Assembly: GCA_965603825.1 (NCBI GenBank)
Contig: CBFDEM010000064.1
Coordinates: forward strand, 336,355-400,354
Length of the DNA: 64,000 nucleotides
Reading direction: 5' to 3'
Source of the DNA: Blepharisma stoltei ATCC 30299
Lineage: Eukaryota > Protista > Ciliophora
Shown piece by piece: positions 12,741 to 25,279 of this stretch. Position 1 is the first letter of the stretch. Every line of letters begins with the position of its first letter. Position numbers and translations under genes: made by a program. The notes beneath the pieces are model-generated. The model ran no database searches, had not been told where the DNA came from, and saw only the letters and a program-made list of their open reading frames with translations.

Positions 12741-14555
12741 ATGAATAAGTATTCTCATAATGAACATACCAGCAGTTTCTGGCTTCAGCAGAACCTAGAT
12801 TGTTACGCTGCCTTTATCACCGATAAAGAAATCGCTAAAGTACTTCCAGTTATGAGGAGGACTTTCTCAACGGTAAAGTTTGACACTACATTGACTGATA
12901 AAAGAGGCGATGAAGTAAGCAGTCTTTCACAGATAGAAAACAGAAGGGTCAAGAAGAAAAGCGAAAGCATTGGAAGAATGGGCTCACGAAGTAGCAGAGA
13001 TATAAGAAGTATGGCTTCAACAGCGCTGGAGTTCAATAAAATTATAAAAGAGTTAGATAAAGTTATAAGCAATGAAAACTATGGGCAGAAAAGAGTGATA
13101 CTTGAAGAAGGGCCTGCTGTTATTATTCATTTAGAAGAAGGAGAGTCACAGTTGTTTACAATTGTCACTGCCAAAAAGCCGATACCGCTAAAAGTTAAAC
13201 TTGAAAGGAAAATAGGCAGGAAAGCATTGACGACATATATGTCAAGAAGGGTGATTGTGCCGAATTTAGATCAGCATGAAACTATTTATAATAGGGATGA
13301 GTTTGATATTGGAGATATTGGCTTACGAGAACAGAGTTTTCTGACTCAGAAAATTTATTTAAATGTTATTGCAAGTGAAAAGTGCAGCTTTGCGATTGGA
13401 ATTAATTTTGGAAGAATAATCTCAAAGGATGCTTCTGAAATTTTTCAATTTAGAAAAAAACAAAAAGGGACTGAGGAAGAATTGCTTGATCAAAGCATCA
13501 AAAAGGAGCCTGTTAATCTAGAAGAAGACTCCCTAGACCAAAAATACAAAAAAGAAGAAGAAATCTCCCATTCAACGGATTTTATCAAAAGAAACGTGAA
13601 AAGAGCTAGATCCTGCATAAAGCTTCAGGACTATTTATCAGAAAAAAGAGACTCTTCAGAGCTAAGAAGACAAAATGTCATCACAAAGCATAAAGAAATA
13701 TTAACTGAGCATAGACTTAAAGGAGAAATTAAAATAAGAAAAAGCGAAATAAAAAAAACACTTTATACGCAGGCAGAAAAAGTATATAAACTTTACAATG
13801 CCAAATGCGAATTTGAAAAAAAGTGGTTCAGTTTTATGTATTTTTGCAAATCTGTTATAAGTTTGAAGGAAAATTTGGAAAAACGGAAAATGATTGCAAA
13901 AAAGAATTTACAGTCATTATTTGGTGCAATGGTTTTTCAGAATGCATGGAAAAAGTATATAAAAAAAGTATCATTTAAAGAGCTTAATATGGCAAGAGCA
14001 AGGGATTTACTGAAATTTTACCGGTTCCATGCAAAAAAGGTGATTGTCTCTAAAGCAAAGCATCAGCTGCTGATGGCAGTCAGCCACAGTAAAAATCATT
14101 TTAAAATTCCAACTTTTTTTTCTAGCTACACCACCAAAGTTTTGTTGATACAAAGCACGTGAAAGGCTTACCAAAAAGCAAAAGAGTACAGATTTAAGCA
14201 GGTGAATCAGCTTTGAAACCATACAGTTGATGATATTGTAAATAAAACTATGAATCGGAAACGGAAATCCAAAAGATATAAAACAATTGTCAGCAAAATT
14301 GTAAATATCCCATATGAGCACAAAAAATCTACGATTTCCACTTACCTTCAAGACTGCATGATAAATTATTTAAAAGCTGGGAGAGAGCCGCCTAGCGAAG
14401 AGACTCTTGCTGTTTCTGAAAGCACCCCAGAGTTCCGGACAAGGTCTTCTTCAAGATATGGGACTTTCGTAAATCTTAATTATATCCCAAACCAAGAAAC
14501 AGTGATTGATATGATAAAAACAGCTGCTGATATAGAAAGCCCATTGAAAATCTAA
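12741..14555 (+). CDS. Hypothetical protein with IQ-like calmodulin-binding motifs, up to 604 aa (start may be ATG 12852)
   Basis: ORFs 12741-14162 and 14250-14555 are joined in frame through TGA at 14160 and 14214; motifs FQNAWKKY and IQST-W-KAY. Confidence 0.8.
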
Positions 14556-14610
14556 TTATGCTTTATTTATAAAGAGATTAAAATGTTAATATAAGCCTTA
14601 CGCTTAATAA

Positions 14611-16155
14611 TTATTGTCTTATACGATTTTGAATTACATGAGCTGCTTCAATAACCGTCTTTTCTACTTGTTCTACAGGAGGTCTGTTTAATTGGATTCT
14701 ATTGTTGATCACCAATAGTGGGTTAGGAGCAGCCATCACATCTTCATTAACAGAGACACCATCAAGGTATTGTTTCAATAAACTCTTGAAGAACAAGTTA
14801 TCTTTTTCCAGCTGTTTTTTCTGCTTGTCAATTGCCAATTTATCAAGCAGTACCTTATTAAATCTTTTATAAAAATTTTCCAATGCTACAAATTCATCAT
14901 ATGCATACTCAGGGTTCAAAAATTGTAAAATTTCTCTATTGTTTTCTTCCATTGCCGTTCTTAATTCTTGATCAATCGGAGCATTTCTATCATTATTCAG
15001 CATATCCTGGGCATTTTCTACAGCTTCAGGGTCAGATGTGAAAAATGGGACAACTTTTTCTTTTTCAGTTTCCAGTTTTCTGCATAGCTCAGCAAGTTTG
15101 AGTATTTTTTCGCCAAGGTTGACTTGATCTGTCAGCTTGCTAGAAGTGTCTCTAGAGTTGTTTATAAGCTGGGTAAGCCTTTTGACCTCTTCTTCTCTGA
15201 ATTGGACCATTTTTCTCTTAAGTTCATGATAATGCTGCGTAACAGTGTCGAGCTCGTTTTTCAAAGCTTGGTTTCTTGCTTCGCACTCTTTTTCAGTTTT
15301 GCTGGCTTCTGATTTTAATTTTTCTATAGCGTCCTTATATGCCTCAACCCTTCTATGCAGTCTTTCAATCTTTTTCTGGTCTTCTTTATTTTGGTTCATC
15401 AGCTTAAAAAAGTTGGTATTAAAATCCTTGCTCCCCTGCTGATAATTCGTAAAATTCATATCTAGCTCCCTCTTCAAGTCATTTGTCTTGCTTTCCAGAA
15501 TTCTCTGCAAAATCGACGTCTCCTCGTTTCTTTTGCTTCCCTCAAGATTTGTCTCGTGTCTTGACTTTATCTGATCCTGCTTCCTTTTTTCTTCTTCCTG
15601 TACCGCATTTATTACATCCTGCAGCTCCTTTTTTTCCTGTTTATGATTTTCCACGATTTCTTTTCTTTCCAGCATAAATTCATCCTCCAAAATTTTCAAA
15701 TCACGCTTGAATTCTTCTTCTAGCCCTTGGAGTCTGGAATCTTGTAAGGCTAATAAGCGGTCGACATGGATCATAAAATTCCTGAGGGCAGTCTGGTATT
15801 GTTCTTCAGCTTCTTCTAGGTCACGGTCTAGCATTTGCATGACAGCGTCTTTGGAATCGACCTCACGCTCGTGATTTTGAGAATAAATTTCAATTTCACG
15901 CTTGAGCTCGTCTGTTTTGGCCATTCTCATGATTTTGCGCCACTCTGTGACGATTTTCTTTTTATTGAAATTTGTGATCTTTTGTTCTTCTTGGATGGTG
16001 TTGCGCAGGTGCTCACGCTTTTTCTTGTGAAATTCTTCTTCGTTTTTGAGGTCTTCCGCTTGGATTTGCATGTGGACTTGGCGGATGCGGACGCCGCGAA
16101 GATCTTTTGGAGCTCGGGTGGAGCGACCTTTTAACAGTTTCCCTAATAAAACCAT
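14611..16155 (-). CDS. DRC2: Dynein regulatory complex subunit 2 (CCDC65/DRC2)
   Basis: NYD-SP28-type N-terminal region WRKIMRMAKTDELKREIEIYSQNHEREVDSKD..LDRDLEEAEEQY and C-terminal LENFYKRFNKVLLD...LLKQYLDGVSVNEDVM..PNPLLVIN. Confidence 0.88.
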   Translation of the reverse strand: MVLLGKLLKGRSTRAPKDLRGVRIRQVHMQIQAEDLKNEEEFHKKKREHLRNTIQEEQKITNFNKKKIVTEWRKIMRMAKTDELKREIEIYSQNHEREVDSKDAVMQMLDRDLEEAEEQYQTALRNFMIHVDRLLALQDSRLQGLEEEFKRDLKILEDEFMLERKEIVENHKQEKKELQDVINAVQEEEKRKQDQIKSRHETNLEGSKRNEETSILQRILESKTNDLKRELDMNFTNYQQGSKDFNTNFFKLMNQNKEDQKKIERLHRRVEAYKDAIEKLKSEASKTEKECEARNQALKNELDTVTQHYHELKRKMVQFREEEVKRLTQLINNSRDTSSKLTDQVNLGEKILKLAELCRKLETEKEKVVPFFTSDPEAVENAQDMLNNDRNAPIDQELRTAMEENNREILQFLNPEYAYDEFVALENFYKRFNKVLLDKLAIDKQKKQLEKDNLFFKSLLKQYLDGVSVNEDVMAAPNPLLVINNRIQLNRPPVEQVEKTVIEAAHVIQNRIRQ

Positions 16156-16747
16156 TTATAAGAGGAAGATGAGGAATACTTGGAAAAAAAGGAAGAGGTT
16201 GAGGAGCAGATGATATTAAAAATATATATAATAGTTTGGGAATATTGGAAGAGGAAAAAGATCTTTGATTTTATATTTGGAGGTGATGTTGGAATTGATT
16301 AAATTCTACTTCTTAAATGATATAGAAAACTTAATTGTGCTTTATATTTTCATATATATTTTTAAAATTTGAATTTTTTGATTTATTAAATTGTCAAAGA
16401 TAATAAAATTTTCATTTTAAATTACTTAGTCCCAATTTCTTCTGGTATGAGATTTATTTGTTTATCAAATAGTAAATTTGAATCAATGCTGAAAAAATGC
16501 ATCTAATTTAAATAGGCTGATCTTCCTGATAATTATAATATTATTTTTCAACAATTCAGAAGAAAATGTAATGCCACTTAAAATAAATCTAATAAAGAAG
16601 ATAAACAAATTTTTATACCAATCTTTCCCTCTTCACCTAGACTAAATACTCCTCAGTTTCGGCAAGTGCCACAAATGCGTTACAATTTATATCACAAATA
16701 TTTTTTTACTTTAAAAATTCTAAGTCTTATCTAAAATTAGCATTTAT

Positions 16748-17320
16748 TTAATAATAATCTTCATCCTCCTCTTCAGGAATTTCTGAATTCTTTTGTGAAA
16801 ATCTTGAAGAGTTGTAATTAGTGAAAAATGAATACTGATAAACCAAATGGGGAATTGAAGGCTTAAAAGCTTGTCTTTTTACCTTCAACAACTCATCCAG
16901 CATTGGAGCATTTTCATCAACAGAGCTCACAATGATCTTTCCCCCGTCTTTAAGTAGGAATTTCACTGCTCTAGAATACTTCTCCCATACTTCACGTGTA
17001 ATAAAGGGAGGATCGACTACTACAACGTCAAAGGATTTTTCAAGGGCTGGGTCAAGCTCCTCGCTATGATTAAAATCATAGAAAACAAACCCTTTGTCTC
17101 TTTGAAACGACCGGTCGATTTCAAAAAGACGCGAGTTTTCCTTAGACTTTTCAGTCAGTGAAAAGTACAGTGAAGGTGTCGACAGGCAGGCGATTTTTGT
17201 AAAACCTTGTAAATGTAGGTCTTCAGTCTCGTCTACAAGGGCGTTGATGGTCCTGGATGAGTACCAGAACTGATTGAACTCTTCTTTCTCTCTGTGTTGC
17301 TGAAGAAAGGTGTTTTCCAT
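16748..17320 (-). CDS. EEF1AKMT1: EEF1A lysine methyltransferase 1 (N6AMT2-like)
   Basis: QFWYS, IACLSTPSLY, LFEID, FVFYDFN and VVVDPPF motifs. Confidence 0.88.
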   Translation of the reverse strand: MENTFLQQHREKEEFNQFWYSSRTINALVDETEDLHLQGFTKIACLSTPSLYFSLTEKSKENSRLFEIDRSFQRDKGFVFYDFNHSEELDPALEKSFDVVVVDPPFITREVWEKYSRAVKFLLKDGGKIIVSSVDENAPMLDELLKVKRQAFKPSIPHLVYQYSFFTNYNSSRFSQKNSEIPEEEDEDYY

Positions 17321-20299
17321 GTTATTCTATTTATTATTAGTATTGGAAATTTTAATGTTATTATGTCCAGCTAATCGGTTACAAAATTCAGAAGTTAGGC
17401 AGATAGGAAGGATTTGAGGTCGTGATGGGTTATTTCAGGTGTCCTGGGAGTTCTGAGCATATAATTAATATTATAAGACTAATATTTCTTTGATTCGGTA
17501 GAGTGAGATTTTATAAATTTATCTATAAGAGGAGGTTCTTCCATTATAGCGATTTTACAATGATTGCTGTATATAATAGAAGTGTCCAGAGCTGTATTAA
17601 GACTGTATATCTGGGATAGTTTATAATTTCTTTCTTTTTGATTAAGAATATAGTCATATGTAGTTACTCCTAGGCATCTGAGATAAAGATGAAAAATTAA
17701 AAAATGAGCTAAAAAAATGCTTGCAATAAACCTTAGCAGGGATGTGGCTAAAACTAAAAAAATTAAGATGAATTTTCCTAATTCATATAAACTGTGCCAA
17801 TCTGTAATTATTTCCGAGGAGTCTTGATTCTGAAAAACGTCAATAAAAATGTAAACAGCAGCTCATGTTTGAATAAATAATACTGCCTTAAAGGAAAGAA
17901 ATACCAAAAAAATCATTTATATACCTCAAAATATAAATACTTAACTGTATTTAATACATCTAGTTTGGATGCCAATTAGCAGGAGGGTAAGTATTCTGAG
18001 TTTCTCACTGTTTGCTGCCTAGAACAAAATGGATTTAAATCCCCATATTTTAAAGTTATCCTCCTAATGCTGATAATTGGCAAATAAGTTTTATCGTTTA
18101 CTCTACAACTTTAATTGCAACCTACACATAGGTTCAGAGAAAATCAGTTTTATATGTCATTAAGCATCATAGATCTTAAAATTTCCTGCTAGCTATGGAT
18201 TGAAGTCATAAGAATTCTAAGAGCTGCTCATATGATGACTCAAAATAGACCTAATATGCATTGATTATAAAAAAAGTTCAAGCTTTTAGTGATATTTAAA
18301 AGTAAATAAATCTCTTCAATTCAAGCATCAATTTTCACTCTTAATAATATTTTGCACTCTAAAAGCTTCTGTGCAAACCTATTATTTGAATAAATAATTT
18401 ATATTTTCTAATTGTTAGCAGATTATAATTGAAGATTATTTTTTGCCATTATAATAGATAAAATGAGCTTCTAGAGTATTTTTTAAAACCTTAGTATTCA
18501 AAATATTTTCATGAAGGCAGAAACTGCATCTAATTCAAATATAGATCTCAAAAAGTATGACGATTACGAATTTAAACGCTTTGCAGCTGTTATGGAGATT
18601 AATAAATACAAAAAGTAGTTTAAGCGATTCTGATGTGCAAACAATCGCAGAAGACATCTTGCGAAAGAATCTAGAGAAATTTATTTTGGATCTAATATGC
18701 TTAATGAAGAATTCAGGAAAATAAATAAGGTCTGCTATTGCAAGATAGCAGAGTCAGAGAAATATTTTTTAATGTATTTGTGAAACTCGGGGGGCTATTC
18801 ATGATTAAAGGGTTGTGTGAAATAGAAATCTAATATAAAGCTGGCTAATTCACAAGCTAACTTGTTAAGTCTTTCGGTTATAAAACAGCATTATGGAAGC
18901 CCAATTAAAAATAATTTCTAATTTCTTATCAAGCTTTGAGGTTTCATATATTAATTTGTTTTTATTATAGAATTTGCAATTTCAAAAGCTGCACTTGTAA
19001 TTATGATTCTATCCAAACTATTTACCCTATCAATATATTAAATTGACTCTGTATTATGCAATAAGATTTCCAAGAATGCTTTTACATGCCCTTTAATAGC
19101 TTGACTTATTAAGAATTTCTTGAGATTAATCATTTATTGCCAGTTCAGTACGAATTAAGTATTAAATAATTGAATCCATAGTAATTTTTATTTTTAAACA
19201 AAAAATGACCTGCAGGATACAATGTTTCCAAATCATCTAAATGTGCATAGATATCTTGGCGATGCTAAAATTATTAGAATCTATATCGTCCCTTGCAATT
19301 TATAGATCTTTCGGCATGTTTTGGAGCAATCCTATGTATGAAGCATCTCTTTTATTTGTATATGCTTAGCTACTGCATTAAGTGAGCAATATCCTTTTTT
19401 AGTTTTATATAAGAAGATCCATACTGGCATCGTTGGACACCAAATATTCCCAGTTAAGAGGATTGACTATAAAACCTCATTACCAGAATTGCACTTAATT
19501 TGAAAATATCTGCTCTTTATTAAGCATTAATGCTTGCTTTAACTATGCCTGATTATCTTCATTTAGCTTATTTCATAGCACAAATAGGCATTATCAATAA
19601 AAAAGCCTTGAGCTTGATTTATCATATCTGCAAATTCAATCTAGATTTGGATCTATATAAATTATTTAGTGATAATTTGTGATATATTTTATTTTGTAGG
19701 GCTACTCAATTATATCTAAATTCATTTTTATAATTCCTATATCAATAAAAAACCTTAGTGAATATTCAATACCTTCTCTAATTTTTGCTGTATTTAATAA
19801 CTATCCTTATTTCTAAGTCTATTTAGTACAAAAACGAGAATAAATCATCCTTGCAATTAAAAAGCTGATTAACTCCCCAGATTGGCTCTTTAATTCGAGT
19901 TTATAACAGATATTGCATTTGAAATGCGCTGAGCTGACTCAAAAATTTGAGTTGGATAACTCGGGAGTTTCCAAGCCATTTCATAGCCCAGGATAGGCTA
20001 TTCTCGTTTACAGGGGCTATACGTTAAAAGCACAAAGCACAATTTCAGACTAAGAATGTTCAAAAATCTTCGAATTTTATTATTTCCCCTTTTTTCTATC
20101 CCTTCTAGCATCCTATTCAGGACTCTCCCTACTTCTATTTCCATCAATCTTAAAAATTTCATTTCCTTCTCATCCTCAATAATTTTCCCCAAAATCCTCC
20201 TATCTTTCTAGTTCTCCAATATTTCCCTATCCATTTCTCATTTCCCTTCAAAGTCTCTTAATCTTCAATTTCTTCTTTACTTGGTGAACATATTATAAA

Positions 20300-21628
20300 A
20301 TGTGGGTTTATCTGTTTCTTCTTGGACTCGCCTTTGGAGCACCTTTTCAAGATCTCGTTATAAATCAGCCTCAGCTTCCAGATGTGCCAAATTTTGACAC
20401 CTATTCCGGCTACCTCGATATACCAAACTCAGGTGGGAAATCCCTTCACTATATCCTTGTTACAAGCCAAAGCAACCCAGCAACAGATCCTTTGATCCTC
20501 TGGCTAAATGGGGGTCCAGGGTGTTCTTCATTAGATGGCTTCTTTTATGAGCATGGACCTTATCTCTTTCCTGAAGATGGGACTGAATTGGTAAGGAATC
20601 AATATGCTTGGAATACTAATGCCTCGGTGCTTTATATTGAAGCTCCAGCTGGAGTTGGGTTTTCTATCTTAGGAAATGAGGCTAATAACTCAACTGATGA
20701 TGAGCTTACAGCGCATGACAACTTGTTAGCAGTTCTCCAGTTTTTCAGGAAGTTTCCAGAGTATCGTAATCATGATTTTTACATTACAGGGGAAAGCTAT
20801 GCTGGAATTTATGTCCCAACTCTAGTAAACAATATTCTTATGTATAACTCTTATACTCCTTATAACCGCATCAACATTGTTGGTTTTGCTGTCGGTAATG
20901 GCGTCACAGACTGGAACTATGACACTACCCCTGCCTTTATGAGAATGGCTTGGTACTACGGTCTCATTGGCTTCAACATGTACAACAAACTCGTCCAAGA
21001 CTGCAACAACCTCAATGACTGGAATTCTGAAAACTGCCAAAACGATACTGAATATATCTATGATAGTGTCCTGCCGAATATCAACATCTACGATATATAC
21101 GGCCAATGCATTTATCATGAAAACGCTCTAGAAGATACCAAGCTCAGGTTTAAATATTTATACGACATGAATCCTAACCTTGGGATCATCCCTCCTTGTG
21201 TAGGATGGGTCGGCGCTTACACCTACCTTCGTAATGACACTGTAAGGGCTGCATTCAACATCCCAACTTCTGTACAAGAATGGAAACTGTGCTCTAGCTT
21301 AAATTATCTCAGCGACTACATCCATGGCTCTTATTATCTGTACCCAAGTCTTATAAGAGCTGGGCTTAAAATTTTAATTTATTCAGGAGATGTAGACGGA
21401 GCTGTCCCTCTGATAGGAACCAGGATGTGGCTCCAGAACTTAAACTTGCAGATGATTACACCTTACTCGTCGTGGTACGTTGATGAACAAGTCGCTGGGT
21501 TCCAAATTGAGTATCAAGGGCTTAAATTGGTGACTGTCAAAGGTGCAGGACATATGGTTCCTCAATGGAAGCCAGCCCAAGCTTGGCATATGCTTTATGA
21601 TTTCATTAATGGAAGCCAGATTATATAA
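20300..21628 (+). CDS. Serine carboxypeptidase, family S10 (cathepsin A-like), secreted/lysosomal
   Basis: Signal peptide; YSGYL, WLNGGPGCSS, GESYAG (catalytic Ser), YSGDVD (Asp), GAGHMVP (His). Confidence 0.96.
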   Translation: MWVYLFLLGLAFGAPFQDLVINQPQLPDVPNFDTYSGYLDIPNSGGKSLHYILVTSQSNPATDPLILWLNGGPGCSSLDGFFYEHGPYLFPEDGTELVRNQYAWNTNASVLYIEAPAGVGFSILGNEANNSTDDELTAHDNLLAVLQFFRKFPEYRNHDFYITGESYAGIYVPTLVNNILMYNSYTPYNRINIVGFAVGNGVTDWNYDTTPAFMRMAWYYGLIGFNMYNKLVQDCNNLNDWNSENCQNDTEYIYDSVLPNINIYDIYGQCIYHENALEDTKLRFKYLYDMNPNLGIIPPCVGWVGAYTYLRNDTVRAAFNIPTSVQEWKLCSSLNYLSDYIHGSYYLYPSLIRAGLKILIYSGDVDGAVPLIGTRMWLQNLNLQMITPYSSWYVDEQVAGFQIEYQGLKLVTVKGAGHMVPQWKPAQAWHMLYDFINGSQII

Positions 21629-21666
21629 GATTAATTGAGATGCGAATTTTCTCAAAATGGTTAATA

Positions 21667-23385
21667 TTAATATTTCCAAGGAGTTTTATTGCTGGAAACG
21701 CTTAATCTTGATATGCTGAAAGGGGAGGAGTATCTGGTTGTGACAGCTTCTTCTGGGGTGTTGCTCCTGGATTTATTTATCTTCCGGACTGGGGAACTGG
21801 TGTTAGAGTTGTTTGGGCTGGAAGTAAAAATAGGGGTTTTTAAGGAGTATTTTTTTATCACTTCGCTGCAAGGCCTGAATCTGTTTTCATTTTCGTCAGC
21901 TAGCTTATCTTTGGACTCTTCAAGAGTGCTTAAATGAGAATTATGCTCATTTAAGTCATTTTTGGCTGCTTTTAGCTTGCTTTGGGTGCTTGATAACTGT
22001 TTTTCAAGCCATATATTTTGCTCTTCTAGTCTTTGATACTTATCAAGTAGCCTTTCATATTTTTCATTTAAAGGGTCATTTGAAAAAAGTGGGCTATCTT
22101 TAGCTGAAATTAATGGCTGGTCAGTTTCTCTGACTAAGTTTTTAATAAGCCCAGAAAGACTGTCTGTAGAGATTGAAGGCCTATATCGCTCTGTTTTTCT
22201 TTTTTCGTTTTCATAGTCAGAAACTTTAATTTCCAGCTTCAGCAAAGCTTCATCTTTTTGCTTTATTATTGATTGAAACCTTTTTATATCATTGTAAGCT
22301 TTTTTAAGCTCAGCTTCAAGCTCGGTGTTTTTCTTTTGCAGCTTTATTGAGTCATCAATAGAAAAAGAAAGCTCTGAGGCACTTCTGATGCTTTTTCTCT
22401 GGCTTTCCACAAATTTTGTGCAGTCAATTTCTAAGTCATTTACTTTAATACTCAACTCTTGGTTCATTTTTGCTAAAATTTCTCTTTCATCTGTCAGCAC
22501 TTTATTTTGGACTTTTAGCCTATTGATTTGTTCTTTAAAAATTGCTGCACTTCTTTGCTCACTTGCAAGCTGCTGCTGTTGGTCTTCAATTCTAATAAAA
22601 GCTTCTTTTAGCTTATCCTGAGTGCTTTTTAGCTCAATTTTGGTAAAGCTCAGCTCATCCTCTAGCTCTTTATTTTTTACCCTTGATTTTTCTTCACCCT
22701 TAGTCCTATTTACTAAATTGGTCCATTTTTCAGTGATTTTTTTTCTTTCACTTTCCAAAATTTTGTTTTTTTCTTCAAGCTCTTTTTTCTCATCAAGAAC
22801 AGTTTCTAGTTTTCTTTGTAAAAGTATAAATCTTTTATTCGAAGATTTAACTTGTTCGTTTTTCTTTAAAAGCTGGTACTCGATATCTCCAAATTCGCCT
22901 TTGAGAGCGGCTTGTTGGCATTTTAAGTTGTTATCGTTAGTTTCCAGCTGGTTTTTTAATGATGAGAATTCTTCAGATAAAGACCCGAATTTAAGCTTGT
23001 AGTGTTCAGCGTCTTCTTGGGCTCTGATTCTATCTTTTTCTATTTCCCGCAGCTTTTCACGGAGCTCACTGTATTCATTGTTAGGGAAGTTTTGACAATT
23101 TGCTAATGATTTTCAATAGTCTCTTTCGTGCTGAAGCTGCTCTTGGGAATTTTCATAAGTTCGAAGAGCATCCCCAAGCTCTGATAACTCTGCTTCATAT
23201 TCTTTTATGATTTTATCTTTAAGTTTAGTATCTTCTCTGGTTATTTTTAAAGAGTTTTTAACTTCTTTCTATATGAAGTTTACGAGTTCGCTCAAAATTT
23301 CTGATTCATCGTCGTGTTTGAATCTTCTTATGATTTCTTCGGCAATTGCAAGTTTATTTTTCAGAGAATAGAGTTCACCTTTCAT
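21667..23385 (-). CDS. Long coiled-coil protein, ~567 aa (possible upstream extension to ATG 23496)
   Basis: The frame of ORF 21667-22758 extends upstream through TGA 23113 and a 15-nt intron (GTAAACTTCATATAG, 23269-23283) to ATG 23385; E/K/L heptad-rich. Confidence 0.75.
23269..23283 (-). other. 15-nt intron GTAAACTTCATATAG
   Basis: GT..AG; removes an in-frame TAG and preserves the frame. Confidence 0.85.
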
Positions 23386-23787
23386 TGACTTAATAATAAT
23401 TTCGTATTCTTTTGAAGTTTCAGATTGATCAATATCATCTCCTTTGTAATTTTCTTACTGTGTAATTCGGGTTATATTCAAATCAAAGTCAGACATTTTT
23501 GTTATGAATTGACTAATTATTCGATTTATGATTTTTGTAACATTTTATACACAAAATTAATTTGGCACCTGAATAAAATATGTAAATTAGAGAATAATAT
23601 TAATTTTCTTATTTAAAATTATAGATATTGCCTTCTACTTCTGATATGTGGAAAATCGAAACGAAACCAATTATGCTCATTTTATGATTTTGGTGATGCA
23701 AAAAGGGTCTGAATTCTTAAAATTTTAATCTAAAAATGAAATTATTGCAGCCTTTTTATTCTAAAAAAATATATTTATTAGTCAATA

Positions 23788-24291
23788 TTAATTGGACCCT
23801 CCAAAGCATACGTTAGTTGAACCTTCTTGCTGCTGATAAAGTTCTGATAAAGATACTTTAAGGTTTTGTATACTTATACTGCATTTAAATCCCAGAGAAA
23901 GTTTCTCTAATATTAAAGAATTTATATACTTTGACAGCTCTTCACAGGTTGTGTTTGAGATAGGCAAGACTATGCAATTTCTCTTAGGGAATTCAAAATG
24001 AATACTTCTGAAATTTACTCTGAAGTGGCCATCTAGATCTTCAAAAGGGAACTCTTTTGAGTGCTCTGGAATCATAATTTTTTTATCAAAGCTACTGCAA
24101 ATTTCTAATAGTAAAGTTCTAATGTAGTCTTTGTTTATAGGTAAAAAATTGCAAGGTCCACATCATTCCAATGATATTGATAAATGATACTCGTGGCCGT
24201 GCAACAGTTCGCAATCTGAAATATAATGAGAGCTGCTGAATGTAGCTTCTTGAAAGGAAAATGTGTTTGAATAGACTTCACCAATGATCAT
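23788..24291 (-). CDS. 6-pyruvoyltetrahydropterin synthase family protein (COG0720), CExxHGH type, 167 aa
   Basis: ATG 24291; ATFSSSHYISDCELLHGHEY; TGA=Trp at 24163; continues into ...LPISNTTCEELSKYI...VSLSE. Confidence 0.85.
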
Positions 24292-24619
24292 TTTTTATTT
24301 CTACCATACCATTCTGACTGATATTTTAATGTTAAAAACTGTGGAAATTATGTTATATTACTGAACTTTTTCTAATTTGAGCCGGCAATCATTTTTATTT
24401 TAAATTCTAAAAAAGAATTGATATTAGACACATTTAAGCCTATAAACCGATTTTATTTATTTAAAAAAAGGTAAATAAATGTTTTGGATTTTTCTTATGA
24501 TTTTTTTTAAATAAGCAGCAAAGATAAAATATTTAAGCAAAACTGGCATAAGAATCCTGCCTTAATTGTAAAAAACCAAGGCAAGAGTTTCCATATTTTT
24601 ATATTTATTACTAAATTAT

Positions 24620-25279
24620 ATGATAAGGACTCTTTTCAGAAGCTTCGCACGAAAAGTTGCTAAAGAGACAGCACTTCCTCCAGGCACCGAGAAAAATGAG
24701 TTGACAAAAGCTCTTGATTCATTTATCGGAGAAAAACTCAAAGAAGGAAAAAGTCCAGAAGAAGTCCTAAACTATATGTTTGGTAAAGCTGCCATTAATA
24801 GGGTACACGAAGCTATCAACACACGACAGAAAATGGATTTCGACGACGTCGAGATAAAAATCTCTGATGAATTAATGCAAAGAATTAAGCCTTTTATGCC
24901 AAAAGATAGTGATATTACAAACTTGAAAAATATCATCCAACAAAAGGAGCTGGAAGAGAGAGAACAAGCAGAAAAATCGGCAAAAGAAAGCAATATAGAA
25001 GAGAAAAAAAATATTAGTAAAGAAGAAATTAAAGCAAATAAGGAGATAATAAATGAAAATGACACAACTAAAATAAACGACCCTATTGGAAGGAGAGCGA
25101 GCCATTTAAGAAATAGAAGAAAGGAAAAATTATCAAAAATAAATGTTGAAGAGGAGAAGAAAAATAATAAGAAAGGAGAAGTACAAAAAGAAGTAAATAA
25201 AACAAGTAAAAATTCTTCTCCTGGAGGAGATATTGAAAAGAGACTTGAGCAATTGAGAAGTAATAGAAACAGACCATAA
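24620..25279 (+). CDS. Hypothetical protein, likely mitochondrial presequence, charged C-terminus
   Basis: 219 aa ORF starting MIRTLFRSFARKV (Arg-rich, no acidic residues). Confidence 0.7.
   Translation: MIRTLFRSFARKVAKETALPPGTEKNELTKALDSFIGEKLKEGKSPEEVLNYMFGKAAINRVHEAINTRQKMDFDDVEIKISDELMQRIKPFMPKDSDITNLKNIIQQKELEEREQAEKSAKESNIEEKKNISKEEIKANKEIINENDTTKINDPIGRRASHLRNRRKEKLSKINVEEEKKNNKKGEVQKEVNKTSKNSSPGGDIEKRLEQLRSNRNRP

Noticed and set aside
17400-20200. Long AT-rich gap with short coding-like patches (e.g. 18510-18760, ORF 19998-20192)
   Set aside because: No sustained frame even with UGA=Trp and no recognisable motif; cannot support a call
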